A stretch of DNA of 64,000 bases from an uncultured virus (IMG/VR IMGVR_UViG_3300038427_000461) (taxonomy: Duplodnaviria > Heunggongvirae > Uroviricota > Caudoviricetes), in the IMG/VR virus record IMGVR_UViG_3300038427_000461; one strand, given 5' to 3'. Both the position numbers and the translations under genes were made by a program. This document shows positions 26,057 through 37,246 of the stretch, piece after piece (position 1 is the first letter of the stretch; every line of letters starts with the position of its first letter). Under the pieces are notes generated by a model. That model saw only the letters and a list, made by a program, of their open reading frames with translations, did not search any database and was not told where the DNA came from.

Positions 26057-26754
26057 GTCGTCTCCTTGCTGCCATGCGCGGTCCCACCCTCGGCACTCGA
26101 CCGCCCACACTCGCTGCGACGGATCACGCATCGCCGCCTCGCGCAGTGAACGTCCGCTCCCACCCGCACCGGTATTCTTCGGTCGCCACCTGCGCCGGTC
26201 CCGCTCCTCTCGCTCCGTGCACGTACGAGCCCGTGACCTCGTACGACCCGTCCCCCCGACGCTCCAGCGCGACGCACTCGTCGCCCGACGCCATCGGTTT
26301 GCCCGCGCGCGCGGGCCGCAGGATGGAGGGGACGACCGAGTGATCGGGCCGGTGCCGCGAGATGACCATGTCCCCGTTCGGGAGCGGGTACTCGGGATGG
26401 ATCAGGTCCTTGCTGTCGCAGCCCATCGTCAGTGCCCCCCGCACTTCACGCAGTGCGCGCGGTGCTCCTCCCAGCCCTCCGCTTCGTGCTCGAGGGCCAT
26501 CCGGACGACGGCCCCGAAGTCGGCGTCCACGATCCCGTGCGCGATGGCGGTCCGCACGAAGGTCATGCAGTACGCCAGCGTGCGCACCATCGCGGTCGTG
26601 CCGGGTTCGGGGCTGCCCCGCTCGCGGTCGACGAGCGCGTCGTAGGTGTAGAGCGCCCGCATCGCCTCGCCGATGCGAACGAGCAGCCTGGCACGAGCGG
26701 GCGGCGACGTGTGCTTCGGCATCTCCCCTCCAAGGTACTCACCGGAGTCACCCG

Positions 26755-26784
26755 TTGTCAATCAACGTACGGTGGTGCTACGAT
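26755..26784 (+). promoter_or_regulatory. Back-to-back promoters sharing TTGTCAA/TTGACAA
   Basis: Plus TTGTCA-18-TACGAT; minus TTGACA-18-TACCTT; same ccgttgtcaa core recurs at 46221-46230. Confidence 0.55.
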
Positions 26785-26974
26785 GCCTGAGCACATGGAG
26801 CGGACGGACGGAGGCGAGCAGATGCAGCAGCATCAGATCCGGATGAACGACGAACTCAAGGAGCGGATCACCGCGTACCAGAAGAAGCTGACCCACGACA
26901 CGGGGGCCCGGGTCAGCTTCTCGGAGGCCGTCCGCGCGCTCCTCGAGAAGTCCCTGAAGGCGGCCCGGTTGTGA
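26783..26974 (+). CDS. Ribbon-helix-helix-like DNA-binding protein (start may be 26795)
   Basis: QIRMNDELKERI...SFSEAVRALLEKSL. Confidence 0.6.
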   Translation: MPEHMERTDGGEQMQQHQIRMNDELKERITAYQKKLTHDTGARVSFSEAVRALLEKSLKAARL

Positions 26975-29112
26975 ACCGGCCGACCGAGCCCGCCCCCCAC
27001 GACAGCTTCATCATCCGTGTCGACGGCAAGGCGAGCCCCTGCGAGGACTGCGGCGGTCGCCTGTTTCACAAGCTCCCGCCCAGGGAGGGACTCGACCGCT
27101 ACGCGTGCAACGGTTGCGGCGCGGCGTACACCCTCCGGGGCGCCGAACCGCCGAAGCTCCTGGAGAACTGATGGTCATCCTCTCCGTCGAGGCCGAGCAC
27201 ACCGATCGAGCGGCCGCGTTCTGTCAGCGCCACCGCCACTTCACGACGTCCGAGGCGATGGACGACCTCGCCGCGGAGTTCGAGCGGGTGGCGAGAGAGG
27301 CGCGCGCCCAGGCGCTGAAGGACGCCGCCGAGTGGGTCGAGACCACCGGCCGCCACTTCTCGAGCCGCGAGCGACAGAGCGTCGCGTTCGAGTGCGTGAA
27401 CATCATCCGAACCCGTGCGACGGACCGACCCGCATGAGACCGAGCACGATCGCTCGTAAGCTCGCCTCCCGGTTCGACAGGCCGGGCTACCCGCTACTCG
27501 CCCGGTTCTTCGACTGGCTGACCGGCCGACTCGTGGAGTGCGGGCGATGAAGAGGTTGCTCCGCCACTTCGTCGACCAGGTCGGCCTTCGGCTTCCGGCG
27601 CTGGTGTTCCTGGTGTGGTGGCTCTGGATGGCGGTCGCCAACCGGAAGTGGTGGGAAATTGTCGCGACGGCCTGCTTCGGCGTCCTCGTCACCCACGCGT
27701 TCCGCGGTCGAGTCCGACTGGCCCCCTCACGCACCCGGGTCGAGTCGCGCTGGTACCACCAGGCCACGATCAAGCTCGACGGCTACTGCTTCTCCGGGTG
27801 CCAGTTCGACGCCTGCACGCTCTGGTACGAGACCCCGGACTACGAGCTGACGGAGTGCGCGTTCGTCAATGGCTCGACGATCCGAGGCGCGGACCCGAGC
27901 TATAAAGGACCGTCATGAAGACGAACCCGCGCTGCGACCACGTAGACGGCGACCGCCGGTGCCCCGACTCGGCGGGCTGGCGGATCCGCTACCCAAGCTC
28001 GTTCCTGAGCCCTCCGTCCGTGATGCGGCGATCGGGGGCACGACTGAAGCCGGGCCGCTTCTGCGGCCGCCACGCCCAGCCTGCCGCCGACCGCGTGCCG
28101 CTCGCGCGGCTGCCGCCGGAGGACCGGTGAGCCGCGTCACCGACGCCATCGACTCGCTGCTCGGCACGACGTCGCTGCACGGCGACGTCGTGCGCCGGGT
28201 GAGCGGGTCGGGGGTGCACACCAACCGCGACGACGCGCTCCTGCCCGATCGAGCCCACGACGTCTATCCGTGCACGCCGCACCGGCACGGCAAGCTCCGT
28301 GGGCAGCAGCGCTGCTTCGGGTGCGGCCGCACGCGTAACGAGATCCTCCTCGACGGGGACACGTGATGGACTCCATCGACTGGTCCCCGTTCGACCAGTG
28401 GCCCGAGAGTACGGTGACCTGTCGGTGCGAGGCGGTGTACCGCTCCCACTCCAAGGTGGTCGCGCTGCCGAGCGGCCTCACCATCGTGACGCGCAAGCCC
28501 TGCCCCGGGTGCGGGCAATCCGAGGGGAACGCCCGGAGCGTGCGCTCCGACCCGGAGACGATGACGATCGAGCGAGGTCGGTCGTGATCGCCGAGCTGAT
28601 CGTCGCCGGGGTCACGTCCACCGTCCTCGGGTCGCTCTGGCTGACTGACCGCATGATGAGGTTGGAGTGGATGTCGGAGGACCCCGAGGTGAATGCGAGG
28701 ATCGAGACGCTCCGGGGAGAGCGAACGAACCACGAGAAGGAAGCCGGTCGCAATCGAATGGAGAAGAGAGGGGCTATCGCAGAGGAGCACGACCGGTACG
28801 CGCGGGAGTGCGAGAGGAAGATGGATCGCCTGCGCCGGCGAGGTCGCTTATGAACGACGAGCGGCTCGCACGCCTCCTGCGTCAGTTCCAGCTCGGCGAG
28901 CGCGTGCGCGCCGCCGAGACCATCGTCTACGGCACCGGCGAGCAGGTCGACGAGGGGACGATCGGTTGGATCCAGAAGACCCACGTGCACGGCTGCCAGC
29001 CGCTCGTCACGGTGGCGTGGGAGGGACGCGGGGGCGCCGGCGAGCCGCCGCACGTCTTCCACCCCGTCTCGGTGGAGAGCCTGGAACCGATGGACAGGAA
29101 GGAGAACTGACG

Positions 29113-29451
29113 GTGACCCTCCCGCTCTTCCCGAAGCAGCCCAAGCTCTTCCCGGAACCGCTGCCGCACACCTGCCACGCGCGCGACTGCGGCAAGCCCG
29201 TCAAGCCGGAGCTGCTCATGTGCGCTCGGCACTGGAGACTCGTCCCCAAAGTCATCCAGCGCGCCGTGTGGGCCGCGTACCGGCCTGGACAGTGCGACGA
29301 CAAGCGGCCCAGTAGAGAATGGCACCGAGCGGCCGACGCCGCGATCGGGTACGTCGCGCGCGCGGAAGGCCGGAAGCTCAAGCTCATCGAGTCGATCGAA
29401 CTGGTCTCGTTCGGGTTCCCACCGCCGGGACCCGGGAAGGGTATCCCATGA
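29113..29451 (+). CDS. Phage Zn-binding hypothetical protein
   Basis: HTCHA..C...V...LLMC..HW..VP..IQ.AVW..YRPGQ. Confidence 0.55.
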   Translation: MTLPLFPKQPKLFPEPLPHTCHARDCGKPVKPELLMCARHWRLVPKVIQRAVWAAYRPGQCDDKRPSREWHRAADAAIGYVARAEGRKLKLIESIELVSFGFPPPGPGKGIP

Positions 29452-29602
29452 AGACGCCGGAGCAGCTCGGGCCGCGGGCCAACCGCCGAGGGGGCGGCGC
29501 GTCCGTCTGGCTGAAGAGGTTGGCCCACCGCATCATGCGCCGCGCGACGAAGCGCGACCCCGAGAACGCGCCGCGCAAGAACCGGTTCTTCGGGTTCTTC
29601 TG

Positions 29603-30022
29603 GTGATGGTCCTCTTCATCGTCAACGGCGAGGACGTGCCCGTCCAGGCGGACCCGGACTTGCCTCTGGCGCTGGCAAAACGGCGCGCGCTCACCCTGAG
29701 CAGGAACACGGGCCGGCCCGATCAGGACTGGGAGCTTCGCCACGAGACCGGTGTCCTCGTGGACGAGGAGGCAGCGTCCTCGACCGTCGATGGACGCCGC
29801 CTGTTCTTGACCCTGAGAGTTGGAGCTGGAGGCTGGCGATCGGCCAGCACCATCCACGACCTGCGCCCCACCGTGTTCGACCGGCCGGACCACTGCGTGG
29901 TCATGCCGCCCGCGTTCGAGTCCCTGTTGCGGCTGACACTCTCGGAGGCTCTTCGCAGCGGCATCGCTCCACGCGTCACCATCCTCCACGGCCGTGACGC
30001 CGACTACTACTCCGACAAGTGA
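29603..30022 (+). CDS. Ubiquitin-like protein (DUF2604-like) with C-terminal extension after Gly-Gly
   Basis: IVNGEDV.V.A....PL......AL..S.NTGRP...WELR...G......LFL.L.VGAGG then about 60 more residues. Confidence 0.7.
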   Translation: MMVLFIVNGEDVPVQADPDLPLALAKRRALTLSRNTGRPDQDWELRHETGVLVDEEAASSTVDGRRLFLTLRVGAGGWRSASTIHDLRPTVFDRPDHCVVMPPAFESLLRLTLSEALRSGIAPRVTILHGRDADYYSDK

Positions 30023-30526
30023 AAGGTACAAGCGATGAAGATCAAAGTCCGAGGAGGAGACCCGTGATGCCTCGCTGGTTCTGGTGGCTCGTCGGCCTGG
30101 CGTCGTCCCTCGACCTCTCCGTCAACGCCTGGGCGTTCGTCCACGACCGCCCGCACTGGCACCCGGGCGTCGCCCTCATGTCCGTGGTCACGATCGTGGT
30201 GGCGCTGGTCCAGCTCGAGAGGAGGAAGACCCCGTGAACCCTATCGGACTGACGAGCGCCGAGCAGGCGCAGGAAGCCCCCACACCGACCACCCAGCGAC
30301 CGGCGCCGCCGGGGGTCGTCTCCTGCCCCATCATCGTGCTGCCCGAGGGCAAGGCGTGCGGGGCGGCCGCCACGGGCTGGATCGTGTGGAACAGCACCGA
30401 CCCCAAGACCCCGGCGTGCGCCGACTGCGCGCAGCGCATGAGCGCGCAAGCCCGGACTGTCGGGGGGAGCATCGGGTTCGAGCCGATGAAGGAGGGCTAA
30501 TCGACATGCCCGTGCGTTTTTAGGTC

Positions 30527-30555
30527 TTGCGCTGTACGTACAGAGCGAGTACATT
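30527..30555 (+). promoter_or_regulatory. Promoter TTGCGC-17-TACATT with 12-bp palindrome CTGTACGTACAG
   Basis: Palindrome at 30532-30543 mostly in the spacer; downstream operon contains an RHH gene. Confidence 0.6.
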
Positions 30556-31097
30556 GATTGGTGTTCGTGGGCGCGGAGCCCCGAGGAGAGGTGCGCAGAT
30601 GGGTGAGCTATTCGTGTCGTGCGGCGGGGTGGGTGGGCTCGGGTGGGGATCGGCGGAGGCGCTGGCGAAGAAGCTGCGCGCCGATGTCGACGCGAGGATC
30701 GCGCTCACCAGTTCCGCGACCGGCTACCCGGTGCTGGCGCTGCCCGCCGAGTACGCCGATGGGTGGCACCGGGACGCGCTGGGGACGATTGACAGGGCCG
30801 TCGCTCTCGCCATCGCGGGCGATCCGAGAGCACGCCCAACTTCTCGCACAACGGCGCGGTCGTGATCGCCGCCATCGGGAGCGACGGCACGCGCCTCGTG
30901 GTGTGGGGCATCGGCGCCACCGAGACAGAGGCCACCGAGGACTCCATCGGCTACGGTGGCCCCGAGGAGCAGCCGGGGCGACTCACGTTCGCCGAGATCA
31001 ACGAGGAGCAGCGCGCGAACATCGTGGCCGGTATGGTGGCCTGCGGGGAGCTTGGCATCCGCGGACTCGACCGGCTCGCGCGCGAGGTCGCGTCACC

Positions 31098-31277
31098 GTG
31101 AGTCGCTCCGGCACCCCCACGACCCCCAACACCAAGCGCACGCGCCCGATGGTGACGTTGACGCTCAGTCCCGAGGCACTCGCCAGGCTGGACGCCCTGC
31201 GGGCCGAGCGCGGGCAGACCCGGAGCGGAGCCGTCGAGCAGCTCGTACGCAACGCGCGCGTCCGAGTGCCGAAGTGA
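31098..31277 (+). CDS. Ribbon-helix-helix (CopG-like) protein
   Basis: VTLTLSPEALARLDAL...GQTRSGAVEQLV. Confidence 0.75.
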   Translation: MSRSGTPTTPNTKRTRPMVTLTLSPEALARLDALRAERGQTRSGAVEQLVRNARVRVPK

Positions 31278-31780
31278 CGCCCGTGTGCGCTTCACCGTCC
31301 TACCCCTCACTCGACGAGTGGCTAGCTCAAAAGCCGCGCGCGTCCGTCGGACTGAGCGAAGGTGGGCGAATCTCAGCCATCATCGTTGAGTTTGACGGTC
31401 GCGTCCTCTTGACGGAGCTGGACTGGCTGCACCGCGTGGCACCTCAATTGTTCATCCGCGTCCTTCCTATCGAAGATGGATGGTCGTTCAATCCACTAGA
31501 AGCGAAGTAGACCCCATGCGAGCACTCCCTCAGATCGACCTTACGACTCCGGCGAAGCGTGGCGAGTACGCGCGCATCCTTGGGGCGATGGTCGAGTTGC
31601 GCAGAAGACTTCGGAAGATGGCGGAGAGGTATCCAATCTTCATCTTGGCTGCCGACAGAACGCACGTGTCGGAGTCGCCGGATGACATCGACACGCTCAT
31701 GGTCGGCATCGAGCTTGAGCTTGCAGAACATCGAGCGCGACAGTGACTACCATGCGCGCGACTCGGCCCGGAGAATCCAA

Positions 31781-32914
31781 TTGAGACGAAACGCGATATT
31801 GACAGGCGACGCTCTGGAGGTCCTGCGTACATTGCCGGACGGAGTGGCTCAGTGCTGTGTCACGTCGCCCCCCTACTGGGGCCTTCGGGATTACGGTGTC
31901 GCGGGTCAGATCGGTCTTGAACCGACGATCGTGGAGTTTCTCGCGTCCCTGGTGCCCGTCTTCCGAGAGGTACGGCGCGTACTGCGCTCGGACGGAGTGT
32001 GCTGGGTCAACATCGGCGACTCCTACGTGACCCGATGGGGAAGCGTACGAAACGAGGGGCGAGCCGGATTCGAGAACAATGCAAGGGGACGCACCGGGGC
32101 GGTGCCTGGAGGATTCAAAGAAAAGGAACTGTTCGGGATGCCCTGGCGCCTGGCCTTCGCGCTCCAGGCGGACGGATGGTGGCTTCGCGACGACGTCATT
32201 TGGGCGAAACCCAACCCGATGCCTGAGAGCGTGAAGGACCGTCCGACGAGGGCGCACGAGTACTTGTTCATGCTTACGAAGTCGCAGGACTACTTCTACG
32301 ACCTGCACGCGATTGCGGAGCCCGTCGTGCGCGGATACGCCGGTTCTTCGTTCACTCGCGGGAAGACGGGCGCGGCTGGGCTTGGCCGTGTGAGCACGGC
32401 GCCACGCGAAGAGACGGCAACGCGCAACGCGCGCTCCGTCTGGACGATCGCATCGAAACCGTACAAGGGCGCCCACTTCGCGGTCTTTCCGCCGGCGTTG
32501 CCTGAGCGCTGCATCCGGGCCAGCACGAGCGAGCGTGGGGCTTGCGACAGGTGCGGGGCCCCGCATAAGCGGCTCGTGTCGAGGCAAGAGAGGCCGGTGG
32601 CTCGAGAGGACGTTCGCAAGAACGAGCGCGACGGCGGCATGACTGCCGAGCACGGCCTAGAGCGGACGGGGCTCAGTCACTTCAAGTACAACGAGTGGCT
32701 CAAGGCCCATCCGCCGAAAACACTTGGGTGGGAACCGTCATGCAACTGCGGCGCCGACATCGCACCATGCTTGGTACTCGACCCGTTCGCAGGTAGTGGG
32801 ACTACATGCTCGGTAGCTCGTTCGCTCGGTCGAGACTACATCGGCATCGAACTAAACCCTGCCTACGTCGAGCTTGCGAGGCACCGGCTGGGCGAAACTG
32901 AGGCGGCCGAATGA
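31781..32914 (+). CDS. DNA N4-cytosine/N6-adenine methyltransferase (beta class)
   Basis: GDALEVL, VTSPPYW, IW.KPN.MPE, HFAVFP, LDPFAGSGTT, IGIELN; start codon uncertain. Confidence 0.92.
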   Translation: MRRNAILTGDALEVLRTLPDGVAQCCVTSPPYWGLRDYGVAGQIGLEPTIVEFLASLVPVFREVRRVLRSDGVCWVNIGDSYVTRWGSVRNEGRAGFENNARGRTGAVPGGFKEKELFGMPWRLAFALQADGWWLRDDVIWAKPNPMPESVKDRPTRAHEYLFMLTKSQDYFYDLHAIAEPVVRGYAGSSFTRGKTGAAGLGRVSTAPREETATRNARSVWTIASKPYKGAHFAVFPPALPERCIRASTSERGACDRCGAPHKRLVSRQERPVAREDVRKNERDGGMTAEHGLERTGLSHFKYNEWLKAHPPKTLGWEPSCNCGADIAPCLVLDPFAGSGTTCSVARSLGRDYIGIELNPAYVELARHRLGETEAAE

Positions 32915-34656
32915 GACGCGCACGCTCGGCCGGAGAACTGCTTCCCATGCGCGCGGCCCAATGGAGGAACAAATGCCGACCTGGGAACTGATAGCGATTC
33001 TCGTTCCTTCCTCCGCGGCCGGAGTTGCGCTCGGATGGGCAATTCATCGCTGGGAAAATCGATACTCAAGCGGACGAGGGACGCGCTAACAAACATGCGC
33101 GCTCTTGGAGAAAAACATGGCTAAGATCGGACTGGCCGCGTCCACCAAGGACAAGAACGGACAAGTAGTTCGCAAAGGAGACCGGGTTACGTTCTACAAG
33201 CCGAGGTGGTTGGGTCTCTTTGGGAATGTCCGCACCGAAGGGACAGTGAGCGGCATCATTGACGTCTACATGACTGTCTGCATCGTCGAGGATGGTGCTG
33301 AGCCAGGGACGTTCGCCTGGGGCCGTCAAGGATTCGAGATTGAGCGCATCTAGGCTCACCACTATGCGCGCCACTCAAACGAGGACACGTCAATGGATGA
33401 TGACGACTACGCAAGAGCAGTACGGGCGAGCGCTAGACGCCGGATAGAATTGCTCGATCCGCGAGGTCGAAAGACGGTAGAGGAGATGATTCTAGAAGAC
33501 GTAAAGGCGGTCGAATGTAGGTGTCACGCTTGCCAGTTCGCGCGCACGCGGAAGTAGCTGACATGCGCGCGACCCGAATCGGAGGAACCATATGAGCGAG
33601 CGAACGCCGGGAATGACCAAGGAGCAACAGGATCTCGTCAACCGGATCTTCAACCTCGTCGAGAGGGTGATTGCGGCTTACGAGTACGACGTCCAGACCC
33701 GGAGGCATGAGGCGTACACCCGTCATCCGGTCACGACCGGAGCCGTAGAACTTCGGACGACGAAGTAACTGAAATGCGCGCGAGGACTCAAAAGCTAGAG
33801 AGCATGAAGTACCCTAACCTTCCGCATTATCCAGGTCGCCACTCGGCCGCACGTCTCGTGCATGCTGCCGGCACGTGCGACCACGACGGGAAGGAGATGA
33901 CCGTGCGAGGACGCGACGGGCAGGAATGCTTTCGATTGTGCTGCCACTGCGGAGCGAGTCAGCAGTGGCTTCCTCAATGGACTGGGCCGAGAGGTAGAGT
34001 CAACCGTGCGCGGTGGAGCGCATGGGCCTATCCGTCATACGTTGCACGGATGCGTGAGCGTGTGTCAGGAGAAACGACGCGCTAACCTGCGCGCGAAGGA
34101 GGACGAGATGCCGGACGAGCAAGTCAAGGTCGAGACGTCGGCGCCGCCGTGCTGCGGTGGAGGCGACTTCTATGGGCATGAGCCTTTCTGCGACTGCGGA
34201 CACGTTCTCGCAGAGGAGGCCACCGCTCCCATCATGGCGTCTGTAGCGAACCTGCTGAGCAATCTCGGTGGCACGTTCGACCGGCCGACCGCGAGCGCCT
34301 CCGATCTTCGGCAGCTTCAACGTGCGTGGGAGCACCGCGAAGCGCTGCGACGGGTAGGGCGGTGAAGTGAACAAACCGCGCGCCATCCTGCGCGCTTCGC
34401 TACAAGAAAGGACCGAACGATGAGTGAAGCTACGAAGCTCTGCGAGGTCTGCCGGGGCGAGGGGACCGACGACCGAGAATGTAGGCCGCGCTTCGCTGGC
34501 GACGTGGACTCTCGCGACGTACCGTACGCCGTGCCCACTCCGAAATGCAGGGCGTGTGACGGGAAGGGCCGCGTACCACTCGGTGCACAACTGCGGCGCT
34601 GAACTTCTGCGCGCGAATGGAGATGAGGCGATGACGACAAACGGCGCGCGTAGGGA

Positions 34657-34881
34657 ATGAACATGGGCACCAAGAACAATCCTGGCAGATACGACTGCTA
34701 CGCCAAAGCCGAGCCCGACGAGCCGATGTTCACGCTGCTCGCTCGCGACCCGACGGCGCCGGCGGCCGTCCGGTTGTGGGCCGCGCAGAAGTGGCAGGAG
34801 GGGGAGAGCCCCGAGAAGATCGCCGAGGCGCGCGCCATCGCCGACGCGATGGAAGCGTGGCGCAAGGAGCACCGAGGGTGA
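34657..34881 (+). CDS. Small phage protein (DEPxFxLxARD motif)
   Basis: DCYAKAEPDEPMFTLLARD..AP..V..WA...KI.EA...A..M. Confidence 0.6.
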   Translation: MNMGTKNNPGRYDCYAKAEPDEPMFTLLARDPTAPAAVRLWAAQKWQEGESPEKIAEARAIADAMEAWRKEHRG

Positions 34882-35044
34882 GCCGCCCGGACCTCCTCAA
34901 GTTCGACGGCATCAGCCGCACGGTGCTCGAGGCGCGCATCACCGTGCTCGTGCGGCTGCTCGACGCGATCGAGGCGCAGCTCAGCCCCGACGACCGGGAG
35001 CGAGTCCACCGCGCCGTCCGCGAGCAGCTCGCTCGCGAGCACCG

Positions 35045-35311
35045 CTAGGTCAGGTCGTTCGGGATATAGGGTCGCATCCACGCCCGCACGGCGCGCAGCG
35101 TGTCCCCCGTCGAGTCCGCGAGCGCCGCGTGCTCGACCGCCTCGTGCGCGTACTCCTGGCAGTCATTCAGCCAGCGCAGCACGCGCCGGTCCTGCAGGAA
35201 CCGCTCGTAGGCCGCCACCGCGCGCGCGGCCCACTTGTACGCGGTCTCCGCCTCGATCTGGCTGCGCGACTTCTGCGCAAGCTCGCGCCGGGCGTCGTCG
35301 AGGATGGCCAC
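35045..35311 (-). CDS. Hypothetical helical protein
   Basis: 88-aa ORF with typical codon usage. Confidence 0.5.
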   Translation of the reverse strand: MAILDDARRELAQKSRSQIEAETAYKWAARAVAAYERFLQDRRVLRWLNDCQEYAHEAVEHAALADSTGDTLRAVRAWMRPYIPNDLT

Positions 35312-35414
35312 GACTCAGTTCTACCAGCGCCTCAGCACCGTGACGAGCACGAAGCTCGCGACGAAGAAGACAGGTGCGAGCAAGAGGTTGTCGAAGCCGA
35401 ACGCCAGGATCACC

Positions 35415-35616
35415 GAACATGCTGATCTGAACGCTCCGAAAGTGCTCAAGCAGAGATACGAAGCCCGTGTGAATCGCTCGGGCAAGCCTGTCGAGGGGAC
35501 CGCGCCCGAGGCGGCCCGACGAAGCAGGAAACGGGTTGAGTTGCGCGTTCCACGTCGTCGCTCTCCTGAAAGCCCCATCCTTCAGGATGGGATTGATTAC
35601 AGTCGAGGTACTTGAG
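35415..35616 (+). ncRNA. Orphan TnpB omega-RNA (reRNA) cassette: tnpB 3' remnant, right-end hairpin and putative guide
   Basis: Homologous to 42505-42674 (HADLNA..KV, gcccgtg.gaatcgctcggg, gaagca.gaaacgggttg, gttccacgtcgt, hairpin then ttgattac); rest of tnpB absent. Confidence 0.8.
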
Positions 35617-35949
35617 TTACCGACCTCCGTACCGCCGCTTCTTGCTGCGGCTGGGCGCCTCCTCCACACCGAGACGATCGATCACCCGCTTCGCGCTGTC
35701 GAGGACCCGATCAAAACTGCTGGCGACCCTCTCGACTCCGACGGCGACCCCCTCCATGAAGTCAGGATTCATGATCTTGGCAGCGATGTCGGCCGCAACA
35801 TCGATCTTCTTCTTCTTGCCCTTGGGCAAGAGGTACGCCTCGACGAGGCGGAGCGCGGCGATGGCGGCCTGGAGCCGCTCCTCTTTGCTCACTGAGCGCT
35901 CGTCGAACGCCAGGTTCGACAGGTCCTTCACTTTTTGCACCACGTCCAT
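35617..35949 (-). CDS. Hypothetical protein
   Basis: GGGAG RBS; 110 aa. Confidence 0.55.
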   Translation of the reverse strand: MDVVQKVKDLSNLAFDERSVSKEERLQAAIAALRLVEAYLLPKGKKKKIDVAADIAAKIMNPDFMEGVAVGVERVASSFDRVLDSAKRVIDRLGVEEAPSRSKKRRYGGR

Positions 35950-36956
35950 GATCGTCTCCCTTCAACCTGACTCGGTCGCCGACGCCCCGCCGACCGTGAC
36001 CACGTGGTAGCAGAGCCCGTCGGCAGGGTACCCGACCGGCCGGCACTTGGCGCAGACCCACCCGTTCGACCGCGTGCCGTTTCGCGAGTCCCTCGCGACG
36101 CTCCGCTGGATGAGCCGCCGCTCCGCCTCACTCGGCCGGCGGCCGCACTCTTGGCAGCACCGAGCGAGGCCCACCCGCTACTCCTCACCCTTCCGGAGGG
36201 TGATCGTGATCTCGACGTCTGCGTACTCCTCGCCCTCGAACCCTTCGAGGTACTTCGAGAAGCGGTGTGCGTCCTCCGCAGAGACGGCGATCGTGTACGG
36301 GTGGCAATCCGCGTCGTCCTGGAGCTGCAGGAACGCCTGCGCGACGCTGGCCGGTGGCTGACCGTGTCCGCCGCGCTTGATGAACTGCACGCCGTTCAGG
36401 AACGCCTTGCCCTTGGCGACGATCGCCTCGCTCACGCCAGGATCCTCGGGAGCTGGTACTCCGGCGCGACGTCATCCACCGGACCGGCCGCTCGCACGCA
36501 GTGGTCCATGTCGACGACCGTGGGCCTCTTGGTCTCCGGCGCGTCGACCGCCTGCAGCCCCACCGCGACGCCGCTCCTCATCGTGCCCGAGGGCTTGACG
36601 TGGACCACGCGGTACCGGTGCCCGTCCCTGGACGTGCCGCGATCCAGGTCGGGCAACGTCACCCGCGCGCCGACCGTGAGCCAGGTGGGGATGGAGTCAC
36701 TCATCGGTCTGTCCCTCGAACAGCTTGTCGTAGCCAGCCAGCGCGACATCGAGCGTCATGCTCGCCGACCGCAGGTGGTCCACCCGGACCGCCGCGATGA
36801 CCTCGCGCGCGGCGACCAGCTCTTCGAGGATGGAGTGGTCCTCCATCTCCTCGAAGAGGAACCCGACGTCGCCGAAGTCCTGGTGGGGGTCGTCGCTGGC
36901 CGCGCGGAACCGCGTGATGAACGCCGCCAGCTCGGCGTCGGTGAGGCGGACGCCCA

Positions 36957-37211
36957 TCAGTCCGTCTCGGGCGGGGTCTCGCCTCCCGCGGCGCCGCGCT
37001 TGCCCCTGCTGCCCCTGCTGCTGCGCCTGGGCCGGCGGTCCGGCTTGAACCGCTCCTTGAACGCTTCCAGCATCACGTCCGCCACCGCCTCGGCCACGTC
37101 GGCGATGTCGTTGGCCAGGTCTTCGGTGTCCTCGCCGTCGAAGTCGGCGGGGACCTCGTAACCGGAGATGGCCGCGCACGCGAACCTCAACCACATCTCG
37201 TCTTCGGTCAT
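36957..37211 (-). CDS. Small helical phage protein (W..FA.AA...AD.ML motif)
   Basis: GAGGAGG RBS; motif shared with 48304-48525 and 48976-49278. Confidence 0.55.
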   Translation of the reverse strand: MTEDEMWLRFACAAISGYEVPADFDGEDTEDLANDIADVAEAVADVMLEAFKERFKPDRRPRRSSRGSRGKRGAAGGETPPETD

Positions 37212-37246
37212 GTGCTTCCTCCTCGTTCGTCCCTCGCCGCGCGCGC

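Noticed and set aside
10634..30022. Functional link between the DUF6527-like ORF and the ubiquitin-like protein
   Set aside because: Family assignment of 10634-11020 is weak and the genes are 19 kb apart
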